Shown: positions 27,789 through 40,376, numbered from the whole stretch's first letter. The stretch is 63,066 nucleotides of DNA, filler included, from Folioceros fuciformis (GCA_049999805.1; 8 parts of 8 records of this genome joined end to end with filler, not necessarily neighbours in it), one strand, 5' to 3'. Notes: generated from the sequence alone by a model not told the origin. Numbers and translations are program-made.

Positions 27789-30198
27789 CTAATATTTCAC
27801 GCGCCCATCACCTTCCAAGATGATGTCTTTGAACGACATTCCCCCGGGAATCATCGGCAGGACATGTTCCTAACACCCGACCCCAAGCCACAGGGTCAGA
27901 CATAGGGACAAAAGGCCAAGTGTAGGTAGCACTGCAGCAAAAAGTAAACAAATCTCACTTACCTGGTGAGGAACGACGACATCCAGAAGATAAGGACCGG
28001 GAGTGCGCAACATGGTCTCGAGAGCAGCTTTCAAATCTTCCTTCTTTGTTACACGAGCACATGGCACCTGAGAACAGCCAAGAAAGGGAAAAATGAAGAT
28101 GGAGGGGAGCCCATGCCACCTTTTCTCACAAGACAGATCGGAAGCGCAAAGAAAAAAACACTGAAGGGCAGACTTACATTGAATCCCTTTGCAATTGTGC
28201 AGAAATCAGGATATATCTCTTCCTCATGATCAGGATCCCCTAAGTATGTGTGTGCCCTATTCGCCTGAAATGGCAGAACGGAAAGCTGGTGATTACAACA
28301 ACCTTGGACCACATAACTTCACAGTTAACCCCACACAACGCCCACAGACCTTGTAAAATCTGTCTTCCCATTGTACCACCATTCCGAGATGTTGGTTATT
28401 CAAAATAACAATCTTCACGGGTAGCTTTTCCACATGAATAGTGGCCAGTTCCTGTGAGATCAAAACATGCCAGAAAAAGCCTGGGAAGTTGGTCGATAGG
28501 CAAAGAAAAGTAAAGGCCCGGACTTGCTTATCATCCAAGACTAAATGACCAAGCAAAGCTGCACGACTCTTACCGCCAATATGACTGCCAATGTCGTCAA
28601 CATGGATGCAAATTTACACCACACTCTACAGGACAAGCAATACCTGAATGTTCATCAAAAAGCTTCCGTCTCCATCTACATCAATCACGGGAATCGTGGG
28701 ACAGGTTGTAGCCGCACCAATCGCAGCAGGTAGTCCGAAGCCCATTGACCCCAAACCTGATTATTACCACGTTACACACCCTCAAGGTCTTAAGAGAATG
28801 AACAGCAGCACAGAAAACCCACGCCTGCTACTACAACAAGGGAGTCAGAATAGTAGTCCCGCATTAAGCACATGAACAACAACGGGTCAAAAATTCTAGT
28901 GTCCAGATTCCTACCTCCTGACGTCAGCCACCGTCGAGGCTCCTCATATTGGTACCATTGTGCAGCCCACATTTGGTGTTGACCAACCCCAGTCGCTATA
29001 ATAGCCTCTCCATTAGTTAGCTCACAAAGAGCCTGTACAACAGACTGAGGAGCGATCGCATCGTCAAACTCCCGAAACCCCATGCAGTGCTTCTCCTTCT
29101 GCTCTACAATGTCCCTGATCCAGCTCGAGTAGCTAAGCTTCACCCCACTCTGCCTGATGAGGTTGTTCAAGATATGCAGTGCTGGCTTCACATCCGCAAA
29201 AAGTGATACGTGGGGCTGCTTGTTTTTCCCAATCTCAGCTGGATCTACGTCAATATGCACAATACTAGCCCTGCTCGCAAACGCCTCCAGCTTCCCCGTC
29301 ACACGGTCGTCGAAGCGCACTCCAAAGGCCAGCAGCAAATCCGACTGATCTATAGCATAATTGGCGCAATAGGTCCCGTGCATGCCAAGCATCCCAAAGT
29401 ACCGCTCATCAGACTGCGGAAACGCCCCGAGCCCCATGAGCGTGGACGTAACAGGAATGCCAGTGAGCTCCACGAACTCCCTAAGCTCCTGGCTAGCATT
29501 AACGCAGCCGCCCCCGCTGTAAACCACGGGCTTCTTCGAGCTCTGCAGCAAACGCAGCACCTGCTCCAGCTGCACCCGCTGCGGCTTCGGCGGCAGCCGC
29601 TGCAGATACCCCCGCAAGTTCATTGGCTGTTTCCAGTCCGGAATTGCAAGCTGCTGCTGCACGTCCTTCGGGATGTCGACAAGTACTGGCCCCGGGCGGC
29701 CGGAGGCGGCCAGGAAGAAGGCCTCCCGGATCACCCGGGGGATGTCATCAATGTTCATCACCAAATAGTTGTGCTTGGTAATAGACCTGGTCACCTCCAC
29801 AATAGGCGTCTCCTGGAACGCGTCAGTGCCAATCATCCGGCGTGGCACCTGTCCCGTGATGGCCACCACCGGAACGCTGTCCATCATGGCGTCCGCCAAA
29901 CCCGTCACCAAGTTCGTAGCCCCAGGTCCGGATGTAGCAATGCACACTCCCACCCGGCCCGAGGCCTTGGCGTAGCCCTCAGCCGCGAAGATCTCCCCCT
30001 GCTCGTGCCGGCACAGGATGTTGCGGATGGAATTGGAGCGCGTAAGGGCCTGGTGAATTTCCAAGGACGCGCCCCCGGGGTAGGCGAAGACATTCCGCAC
30101 TCCCTCCCGCTCCAGGGCCTCGACCAGGATGTCGCAGCCCTTGCGAGGCTGGTCATCCGCAAACCGCGACTTGAAGCCAGGCGGGGTCGGGGCAACCA
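27789..30198 (-). CDS. ALS: Acetolactate synthase catalytic subunit, 5'-truncated at spacer; five introns in the 3' half
   Basis: [89 protein letters not shown]. Confidence 0.98.
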
Positions 30199-30841
30199 NN
30201 NNNNNNNNNNNNNNNNNNNNNNNNNNNNNNNNNNNNNNNNNNTTAATTAATTAANNNNNNNNNNNNNNNNNNNNNNNNNNNNNNNNNNNNNNNNNNNNCC
30301 TCTGCCCAAGCTACACTTTCCCGTTCCCAGACCCGGCTTGAGATTTCCCCGGCTCGCTAGTGTTCGTTTCTGCGCCTCCGCCTCCTCTTATATCCTTCCC
30401 TCTTTCTTTGCCATTCAGTGGCCTTCTAGCTGGGTGGGAAGCGACGAATCTGCAGGCAGGGAGGGAGGGAAGGAGGGAGCAAGAGCGGCATTGCAAAGGC
30501 TCCACATTGCGTGTGCTTCTTGGATGGGTTGAGATTGAAAGACGGAGTGATTGAATCAATCGTCACATTGCTCTTGTGGAGGCGAGCTGAAGTGAAGGGA
30601 AGGAGAAGGAGAAGGAAGGGAGAGCAGCAGTGGATGTCACATTCGGTTGGGCTGGGCTGCTCTGCTCTGGACTGGACTGGACTGGACTGGGGATGAAGTA
30701 AAAAGGAGCATGCTGCCTGCCTGGTGGCTCTGACAGGAAGGGAGACGTGACGCGAATTTAATGTGGAACGCACGGAGGTGAATGAGTGAAATGCGACAGC
30801 GGTACAGGGTGTCGGGACGTTGTTGCTGTAGGCGAGTTTGA

Positions 30842-30868
30842 CAGCAGCAGCAGCAGCAGCAGCAGCAG
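30842..30868 (+). repeat. (CAG)n microsatellite
   Basis: Visible in the sequence. Confidence 0.9.
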
Positions 30869-31009
30869 GAGGGGAAGAAGGGAGGGAGCACGGGGGATGC
30901 GAAGCAGGGNNNNNNNNNNNNNNNNNNNNNNNNNNNNNNNNNNNNNNNNNNNNNNNNNNNNNNNNNNNNNNNNNNNNNNNNNNNNNNNNNNNNNNNNNNN
31001 NNNNNNNNN

Positions 31010-33021
31010 GTGTTGGCCTTGGTGCTAGCGTGGAGGGTTCCGCATTGGGAGGTGGAGGGGAAGTCGCCGCCCATCACCGGGGGCTCGTTCAAAGTGTTGG
31101 TGCCCGATGGAGGAGTGTCCGCGATGCACATGTTCGTCACCAAGGCCAACACGGTGGTGTACTTCGACCGGACGGACTACGGGCCGTCGCAGCTCAGGTT
31201 GCCCAATGGAGTGTGTAGGAACAATCCCAACGATCTGAAGCTCAAGGTGGACTGCTACGCGCATTCCGGGGAGTTCACATTGTCGGATAACAGCATCCGG
31301 CCGCTGTTTGTGTTTTCCGACACTTGGTGTTCGTCGGGGGCGTTCGCTTCCAACGGGACGATGATTCACACTGGAGGGTACAACGATGGTGAGAAGGTAA
31401 GGACGGGGACTGCGGAATCAGGAAGGAAAGTTCTTGGATAGTGCGGTGTCGGGATCACCTCCTGAATGAATGAATGAAGGAATGAATGTTGTGGGGGGGT
31501 GGTGTACATGTGCAGGTGGTCCGTGAGTTCATCCCCTGCGCCAACAAGAAGTGTGATTGGATAGAGTTGCCGCCGTCGCGGGCGCAGCTGACGGTCAAGA
31601 GATGGTACGCCAGCAACCACATTTTGCCCGACGGGGTCACCAGCATCGTCATCGGAGGGACCGGGGCCTTCTCATACGAGTTTGTGCCGAGGCCTGCCGG
31701 CCAGGGAAACTTCAACTTCCCGTTCCTGCGTCTGACCAGCACCCCTGGAGTGCAGGGCAATCTGTACCCGTTTGTGTTCCTCATGCCTGACGGCAATCTC
31801 TTCATCTTCGCCAATAACCAGTCCATCTCCTTCAACTACAAAACCAATCAGGTGAGAGAGCAAGCTTCATGTTCGACATTTTGTGTTGGGTCCGGAAGGA
31901 TTGATGTTGGTGTTGAAGGACTTGGGAGGGAAGCTTTGTCAATGTCTTCTGGTGGGTGATTTCGCGGGCATTGTTGACTGCAAACTTGGAGCAGGTTGTG
32001 AGGACGTACCCGGTCCTGGACAGCAGTGGCGGAGGCAGGAATTATCCATTGACGGGGAGTGCCGTAATGCTTCCGCTGCTGTTCTGGGAGAATTTCGCCT
32101 CGGCAGATGTGCTGGTCTGCGGAGGCGCACCCGCAGGGTCGTATCAGCAAGCCAGCAGGAAGGTGTTTGTGGACGGTTTGAATACCTGCGGGAGGCTGAC
32201 AATCACGGACCCCAAGCCCGCCTGGAGGATAGAGAAGCTGCCCACTCCGTGGATCATGATGGACATGATCCTGCTGCCGACCCAGGAAGTGCTACTGGTG
32301 AACGGAGCATCTGTGGGCGTCGCAGGCTGGGGCCTAGCAGATAAACCTGTGCTTAACCCAGCTCTTTACAGGACGTACGTAAAAAGGGGTCGGAGGTTTA
32401 AGGTGAAGTGCAGCACCTTCGAATCTTGGATGGCCTTTCGTAGATTCCAATTCCAGTCGAGTTCGCCTCCCCTGTCGTTCTAACGCTCGGGTTTGAAATG
32501 TTTGTCGGTGACAGACGCTTGCCGCAACGACCATCCCGAGAATGTACCACTCTACCGCAGTCCTGTTACCCGACACCCGGGTGCTGTTGGGAGGGTCCAA
32601 TACGCATTCCGGTTACGTCTTCACAGGAATCTTCCCGACGGAGCTGAGGCTGGAAGCTTACTCACCCTACTACCTGGATTCTGCTCACGTCAGCTTGCGG
32701 CCCAAAATCATCAAGTTGTCCTCAAACACTGTGAGGTATGGGGAAACCATCTTCGTGCAGTTCGCGCTTCCAACCAAGCCCAAGCGCTCCAAGTTTGGGG
32801 TGGTCATCTACGCCCCGCCCTTCGCCACTCACTCTTTCAGCCAGGGGCAGAGGCAGCTAGTCCTTGCCAACACCACTCCACTTGCCGCGACCTTGTCTGG
32901 AAGGTATCAATGCGGGGTAACGATGCCGGGTAAGAACGTTTTAGCTCCACCAGGCTACTACATGTTGTTTGTGGTGAACGGAGGAGTACCCAGCCCTGCA
33001 GCCTGGCTGCAAATTGTTTGA
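31010..33021 (+). CDS. Glyoxal/galactose oxidase-like copper radical oxidase (AA5, GLOX family). Start lies in or before gap 30910-31009; exons ..31396, 31516-31851, 31995-32402, 32515-33021
   Basis: GVSAMHM, DTWCSSG (Cys), RWYASN, NLYPF, RNYP (Tyr), RMYHS (Tyr, His), FATHSFSQGQR (His), APPGYYMLF. Confidence 0.93.
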
Positions 33022-33465
33022 GACGCAGTTGCTTCCTGCTTCTATACCTGCATTGCTATCTGTCGATGCCTTTGCGGCTGGATTGTTAGAGAAGACTTCT
33101 AGCATTGACATGGCATTCCGTTGCGTTGGTGATCAATCCTTATCCAAAGAAGGGTCTTGGGTTTGATCACTCCTGCAACTGCTCCACCAAACACCCTTCA
33201 GCAAGAACCTGTCCAATCATGGAACAGATCAGTAGGATATTGGCGATTAATGATTATTTAGGACGAGATGGATTCAAACGAAGTGCAGCAAATACAATAA
33301 AGCTTTGAGGACAAGAGCAGGCCGTGATCTAGCCATTTTACCCGAGACACCTAGATAACTACATTTTCGAGGCACGTTACAACTGACTACAACTCGCGTC
33401 GAATTGCGCGCTCACGATACATGTCATATACAACCTAATCATTCCAATAATCTACAACTGATCCA

Positions 33466-33661
33466 TCAGTGAAGAACATAAACCAGATCACCAGCTTCCA
33501 TAACTTCTTCAGGGATGGGATTGGTGTAGACATAGGGCACAACAGACCCGTGTGTTCCAAGTGGTCGGTGCAGGCCCAGAGCAAGTAGATGCTCTTGCCA
33601 CAGCATGCCAAGAAAGAGGTCCTTGAATGTCACACCCACATACTGCTTGGGCATCTCAATC
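33466..33661 (-). CDS. Last exon of a BK/Slo-type K+ channel (RCK2 C-terminus), cut at spacer
   Basis: YVGVTFKDLFLGML...LALGLHR...PYVYTNP...MEAGDLVYVL* matches the Slo-family C-terminal pattern (YGDLF...IGLYR...YVITNP...D.VYVL). Only ~65 aa are visible. Confidence 0.7.
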
Positions 33662-33762
33662 TNNNNNNNNNNNNNNNNNNNNNNNNNNNNNNNNNNNNNN
33701 NNNNNNTTAATTAATTAANNNNNNNNNNNNNNNNNNNNNNNNNNNNNNNNNNNNNNNNNNNN

Positions 33763-34088
33763 AGCCGTAGGGGCGACATAGTAGCCAAGAGTCGGTAGGT
33801 GGGGTGAAACCCATTCCGGTAATCGAGATGGTCCGTCCGGTAGTTCAAGGATTAAGGTAGTCGAGGAGACGACGGGGGTAGCTGAGTGGCAATAGGGACA
33901 AGGTAGTTGAAAAGGGGGTAGGCGAGCGATGGATGAGTGGAACTGACCCTAGGTAGTAACTGACTTTGTAAGAAAACCTGTGTTATTTAACACAAATCAT
34001 TCCCTTGGGATTGAATCCCAATGCTATAATGACATAGAGGGTTTGTGTGGACCCCGTAGCACCCCCGGGTGCAATATTTTCCCCCACA
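33763..34088 (+). mobile_element. Ty3/gypsy-family LTR, 3' portion (copy A)
   Basis: Ends ...TGCAATATTTTCCCCCACA. Homologous to 34690-34876 and, inverted, to 38291-38560. Confidence 0.75.
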
Positions 34089-34876
34089 TGGCGCGGCTGA
34101 GGGGAAGGCGTCCGGAGAGCGGAAGGTGGTGAGAAATGGAGATGAGTACGTGCTGTGAGGAAATGCCTGAGGGTTGACGATAGAGCGGTACCCATGTGTG
34201 ACTGGAGTGTGTGGAGAGGTGTAAACCCGCATGAGCGAGAGGAACCCTGTGTGTATGAGTATGTGTGTGTGCTTGAGGGACCGTGAATGAAGATGAAAGT
34301 CCCCGATACGAGGGTTAAGACCGAGGAAGAAATCGGAGGGAAGGTAAGTTTCTGGGGTTAGAGAGAAATTGAAGAGAGAGAGAGAGAGAGAGAGAGAAAG
34401 GGAGAAAGAGAGAGGTAGTGGGCCCCACTGAGGTAGTCGGAACGGCGACCGTCGTAGGAGGACAACGGGGGTTGTTGAGCAGAGAGGTAGACGTGGAAGC
34501 GACGGGGGAGTCGGGGAACGGTAGTTGGGGTAACCCTCACCCCGGTAGCCGAGTAGGCCTGTCCGGTAGTTTCGGGTCACGGTNNNNNNNNNNNNNNNNN
34601 NNNNNNNNNNNNNNNNNNNNNNNNNNNNNNNNNNNNNNNNNNNNNNNNNNNNNNNNNNNNNNNNNNNNNNNNNNNNNNNNNNNGGTAGAGGTAGATGAAT
34701 AGGGGGTAGACGAGCGGTAAGTGCGTAAGACTGACCCTGGGTAATAAGTGACTATGTGAGAAAACCTGTGTTATTTAACACAAATCATTCCCTTGGGATC
34801 GAATCCCAGTGCTATAACGACAAAGAGGGTTTGTGTGGACCTCACAGCACCCCCGGGTGCAATATTTTCCTCCATA
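34089..34876 (+). mobile_element. Same LTR family, copy B (contains (GA)n and an N gap)
   Basis: Ends ...TGCAATATTTTCCTCCATA. Aligns inverted to 38291-38900. Confidence 0.75.
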
Positions 34877-37800
34877 GGGGGCCAAGCTGCTAGGAATCTA
34901 GGGTAGTTGACGACGATCCAGTGTTACAACTATCGAGGCATAGGCCACTTTGCGAACAGTTGTCCCTCGGCAACGCGACAGGGGAATGGCGACTACGAGA
35001 GGTTGTACATCGACTGCAAGTAGATGGGTCATGTTGCTGGGAGCGTCCTGTGCACAGCACCGAAGAAACATGTGCGGATTGCTTGCACCCCAGCAACTGT
35101 GATCTAGCCCGCTGGACCAAGTGCTCCACCAACTGCGCAAGTGACAGATGCGCTGATGGCCGTGTGGGAGGACACGGAGGCTCACATGCTGAGAGAACTT
35201 GAGGGCTTAGGCAACCTGGATTAGAGGTACTATGAGGAAGTACCTGCCATGGCTGTCCAAACCCGAGGCAAAGCTAGAGCCACCAAGGTGACTGAAGAGT
35301 CGACGCAGGAAAAATGAGAAGGGAGAGGGCGATCTACCTCCTCCACCTCGACGGACACATCAGTAGACAACATCGACTTCTGCGAGCAGTGCAGAAAAGG
35401 AGACGCCACCACTCCAGCCTGCCTTGTGGTGTGTAGCCTGTATCCTGTAGCCTGCGGTGTTGCAAAAACTCCTGGGTGAAGTGGGCGTGTGTGGTCGGGG
35501 TCGGGGCAATTGTAGAGGAGCAGGAGGAAGTGCCGAAAGACCCGATGGAGGCAGAAACAGGAGATGGGGCGACCGTAGATTCGGCGACGTGCGCTGAAGG
35601 AGAACGACAGTCCATGGATGAACCGGCCCAGGGGTGGAGGCGGCAGAAGGAACCTCGCTTCTGGATAGACTGAGGGCACTTGGTTTCCCTCCAAACATTC
35701 GGCAAGAGGTAGCAAAGATGATTTGGGAGGAGTTGGACCAAATTCCTGAACGTTCGGCGACGACTGGCGAAGGGCAACCCAACTCCGCGATTGCAGGGGA
35801 CCAGGAAGGGCCCGGGAAGATGGATGGACGGACTGCAGCAGAAGCTAAGAAGGGGAGGACGCGAGTGCTTGACTTGGCAGAAGCCATCATGGATCAAAAA
35901 TTCATGGTGAGTTTTGGCTAGCTACTCTGGGACACAGGCGATACAGGCAACAACTGCGACGAGCGCTGAAGGTGGCACAGCCTAAGAGGAAGCACAGTTT
36001 GCCAAGGGTGAGGCCGAAGACTCATTCGGTAAACTTGGTGGCGATGGCAGATCAAGGATGCAAGAGGCAGCCCCGGAACAGGCTGAATAGGAACCAAGAG
36101 CCAGCAGATTAGGGACAGGTCGAGGAAGAGCCAGAGGCACCTCAGGAATAGGTACCAGAAATGGAGCCGGCCTTGCCTGAGGTCATGACCGAATTAGGGC
36201 ACGTTCCGGAACAAAAAGCCTTCCCAAGATGGGAAGATATGTTTAGGAGAATCCCTCTAGTGGATAGGCAGCAAGGAGAAGACCTGGAGAGGCTTCGAGC
36301 GTTGCTGGGGAGGCAGATTACTAAAAGGGGAATGGCCCCTGTAGAGTTACAAGAGGTGGATTTGCTGAGACTGACCACAACAATGGTGCAAGCCCAAGCG
36401 GATTTGCTGGACCAGGCGGCCAGGGCGCTGACCTGGCTGAGCATGCAGGCGGAGAGGGAGGCTGAGGCACGGAGCAAGGAGGCGGAAGCAAGAGGGAAGG
36501 AGGCCGAGGCCTGGAGGCAGCTGGCGGAGCTCGAGACGGCACGACGACTCCTGGAAGAGACGTAGCGGGTCCTGAGTGAGGGCAAGGCACAAGTGGAGGA
36601 AGAAGCGCGCTAGGCGAGGGCAAAGATACAAGCGCTAAAGGAACAGTAGGGGACACTCCTAGCTCAAGTGAGGGAAGCCAATGAAACTAATATGGAGATG
36701 CAACAGGAGATGGCTAGGGCTCAGGAGCAGGAAATGGCTGTAGTGGAACAAGTCCAGAAGCTGGCCAACATGTACAAGCGGGAGCGGGATGAGGCCAAAG
36801 AGCGAGTGAAGAGGAAGGGCAAGGCCGGGCGAGGTAGTTGAACGACAATGCCGGTAGCCGAAGCGGCTACTGGTAGTCGAGCGGCGACGGAGGTAGCTAA
36901 GAAAACTACCGGTAGAGGAGAGACAACACCGGTAGCGGAAGCTCTGACCCCAGTAGCCGAAGAGGTGCTGGCGGAGGCGCCTGTGCCTAGACACTCTAGA
37001 AGAGCGACTCGCGCCAGGAGGACTGAGCAGGGGGAACGAAGGATCCTTCGGTACCCCAGGAGAGCAAAAGGCAGGCAGCCCGAGGTAGCCCAAGGGAGGA
37101 AGGGGTAAGCACCTCCTTTGTGACAGAGGGTTGGGTTGTGCTGCAGTATGAGGAGGAGGCCACTTATGTGCCGGGCCTCTATGAGGAAAGAGCCCAAGTT
37201 CTGAAGTTATTTTTATATGTGCGTGTGGGCATAGGAGGGACGCGGGGCTACGGCCTGCAACTGAGGACCCACAGGGAGCTCTACTACTACCGCTGGCAGG
37301 TGTGGGGACTGCCTCACTGCTATTCTGAGGTGGTCCTAGAGGAACTGACAGAGGAGGAGGCGCAGCAGTGGGTTGAGCAGGAGCTTGTTCTCATCCTCAG
37401 CAATCGGCGACGGAGGGAGGAGAGGAGTCCCCTACGATAGGACCCACCTACGCCGCCGCCAACGAGGTCCAGCAGCAGCGAGGTGGAGGTCCTTTGGGAG
37501 AACCTGTCCGACCAACGGTGGGGTAGAAGGGCTAGAGGCGGGCCAGTGAGGGGAGGAGCGCGACGGCCAGGAGGAAGGCGGTAGCGACGAGGAGAGAGGC
37601 GATAATAAATGCAATCTAGGCTAGGTTTTCTTAGATTGCTTGGACCTAAGCCGCTCTAAAATTAAGAGCACTGATTGACCCCTAACAGACTCTATGGCGG
37701 AAAGAACCCACCACTATTGTGTACAAGAGGCCGGTTTGGGGCCTCATGAAAGTTGCGATAAACAAGCCCGACATTCCAACCTTGCTGGAGCCCAGCGATG

Positions 37801-38290
37801 GCTGCTGCTGGATAGGGAGGTCTAGGCAGGCGATCGCACGTAGTGTCCTGAGGGTGCAGGGTGCTGGTTGTGGATGCTCAGCGACTAAGGGATCGGGAAC
37901 GAATCGGGAGGAGGAGCCTCGCCGAGTGGAAGCCGTGCTTCCCAGCTATTCCCGAAACTGTTGTGTAAGGTGGTGGAAACCACAAGGACCGAATCTGCCA
38001 GTCCCGAGTGGAAGGGGTAACCCCTTCCCTTAGTCCCTAACGTTTGACCATCTGCTTACCACAAGTGTGAGGAGAAGGAGAGGGCCCGGGAGGGGCACAT
38101 TGGAGGAAGAGAACAGAGAGAGAGCGAGTCGCTGAAGAATTAAACGTGAGAAGAAATCCAGAGAGGAATGTGTGTGTGAGTCCATGAGTAAGAGAGCCGA
38201 CGAGGGTGTGCAAGACGTGAGTTAAGTTGGGTGGTCGTAAGCTGAGTGGTGAGAGTGTTGCGCTGCAGGGTGTGTGCGTTGATAAGAAGG
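34877..38290 (+). mobile_element. Decayed pol-less Ty3/gypsy internal region: gag remnant plus extra ORFs
   Basis: Degenerate zinc knuckle CYN(Y)RGIGHFANSC at 34922-34963 and a second knuckle, AVQTRGKAR at 35252, VLDLAEAIMDQKFMVSFG*LL at ~35865. Many in-frame TAG stops. No RT or integrase is visible. Confidence 0.7.
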
Positions 38291-40376
38291 TGTGGGGGAA
38301 AATATTGCACTCGGGGGTGCTGCGAGGTCCACACAAACCCTCTTTGTCGTTATAGCACTGGGATTCGATCCCAAGGAAATGAGTTGTGTTAAATAACACA
38401 AGTTTTCTCACAAAGTCAGTTACTACCCAAGGTCAGTCTACCGCTCACCTACCACCTATTCGACTACCTCAACCTTACCATGAGTCGACCACTACCGTCG
38501 CCTCTTCAACTACCTTAACCCTGGGCTACCAGACGGCTTACTCGGCTACCGGGATGCGTGCCACTCCAATTACCGTCTCCCTGCTACTTCGTCGCCTCCA
38601 CAGCTACCCCAACACTCGGTTACTTCCGTTGCCCTTCCATGTCGGTTGCCCAACCAGCTACCTCAGTGGGGCCCACCCGCTCTCTTTCTCTCTCTCTCTC
38701 CTCCTCAACCTTTCTATCTCTAACTTACTTTCCCGGCTTATGCCTCCTGATAGACGAGTTCCGCCTCAGTCTTCGTACTCTCACACACAATCGCTCCTCC
38801 CACACGACTCACCTCCTTCCATCCACCCGCGCTTTACTCACCGCCCGTCTCAGGGCGCTTAGTTCATACACACATACATACCGACTACCTAGCTGCGTTG
38901 GCCACTAACTCTTCCCATCTCCCTCAGGGACCCTTATACTTTGTTGCGCACAACAGTGCACCCAAACCACACACACACATACACATACATGGCTCCTAAT
39001 CAGTAAGCACACTCTCACCCACTACCATATTCTACTCACAAACTCGGGCCGGACTCACACAACCACTCGCGCGTTCCTGCGCTTCAGTCTCACACACATA
39101 CAATCATCTCCTCACCTCACGGCATTCCGTCCAGCTTCTGTCATTCCCTTACTCCGTTCACTCTCTTGTCAGGCCCCGACCACCTCCCCGCGGCGCAACA
39201 CACTCTCCGTTGTGGTCTTACGATCCCTCAGCTCAACTTTCAACACACCCCAAACTCGCACACAATTGCCACAATTCAGTCACACAACTTCTTCCTTCTT
39301 CTGCTACAACACTCGCAACCCATGTCCACTCACAGCTTTCACAACATCAGTCACCCAGCACCGCATTCTTACTTCACCAACGCGCTTCATCAGCGCTCTT
39401 ACTCACACTCTCCCATTTCTCAGTCCACGCGCGACTCTCGATGCTCTTCTCCAACTCGCCCGTCCAGGGCCTCTCTCCCCTTTGAGATTGAAGGAATGGC
39501 GGGTCACCGGAGTCTAAGGGAAGGGGTATCCACTTCCACTCCGAACTTGCGGATTCAGCCTCTAGCACCTTTACCACTCCACGCAACCGTCACGGAAATA
39601 GCTGGGGAGCTCATCTCCCACTCGGCAAGGTCTCTCCTCCCGATTTGTGATTGCGAAGCATCCACCCCGAAAATGGGACGAGGACTGCCTCGGAATAACA
39701 ATGAGGCAGCCCCCATACCCGCCAGCGGTAGTAGTAGATGCCCCTACGGGTCTTCAGTTGCAGGCCATAGCCCCGCGTCCCTCCTATGCCCATACGTACA
39801 TACAAAAACAGCTTTAGAACTCGGGCTCCTTCCACATAGAGGCCTGGCACATAAGAGGCCTCCTCCTCATACTGCAGCATAACCTGACCCTCTGTCATAA
39901 AGGAGGTGCTTACCCCTTCCTCCCTTGGGCTACTTCGGGCTGCCTGTCCCCTAGTCTCCTAGAGTACTCGAGAGTCCTCCATCCCTCCAGCTGCTGCTTT
40001 CCCCAGCTCAGCTCGCCTGGTGCGAGTCACCCTTCTTGAATGCCTAGGCCCAGGCGCCTCCGCCCTCACTTCTTCGGCTACCGGGGTCGTGGCTTCAGCT
40101 ACCGGCGTCGTCCCTCCTCCAGCGGTACCCCCTCCGGCTACCTCGGGTGTCACGAGACTACCGGTAGCCCCTTCGGCTATCAATGTGGCCGTTCGACCAC
40201 CGATAGCCTTGTCGACTACTGGCACTGTTGCTCGGCTACTGGTAGCCTCGTCGGCTACCAATTTTGGGACTCGACTACCTGTAGCCCTTTCGGCTACCGG
40301 CGTCGCTGTCCGGCTACTGCGCCTAGCCTTGCCCTTTCTCTTTACTCGCTCCCGTTTGTACGTGTCGACCAGCTTC
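38291..40376 (-). mobile_element. Second copy of the same gypsy family, inverted (extra-ORF region plus LTR ending at 38291)
   Basis: 40376-39688 aligns to 36757-37330. 39630-39510 aligns to ~37915-38037. LTR end TTCCCCCACA at 38291. Confidence 0.8.

Noticed and set aside
29210..30250. Long antisense ORFs (also 58112-59152 and 12012-12608)
   Set aside because: These are shadow frames of GC-rich real genes on the opposite strand.
34089..34100. TGGCGCGG after the LTR end as a primer-binding site
   Set aside because: The downstream sequence resembles LTR interior rather than a gag leader, and the other two LTR ends lack it. It is more likely an insertion junction.
35381..35490. Cys-rich CEQC...C...C stretch as a Zn-cluster domain in the gypsy element
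   Set aside because: It needs a frameshift and substitutions to fit, so it is too degenerate to support.
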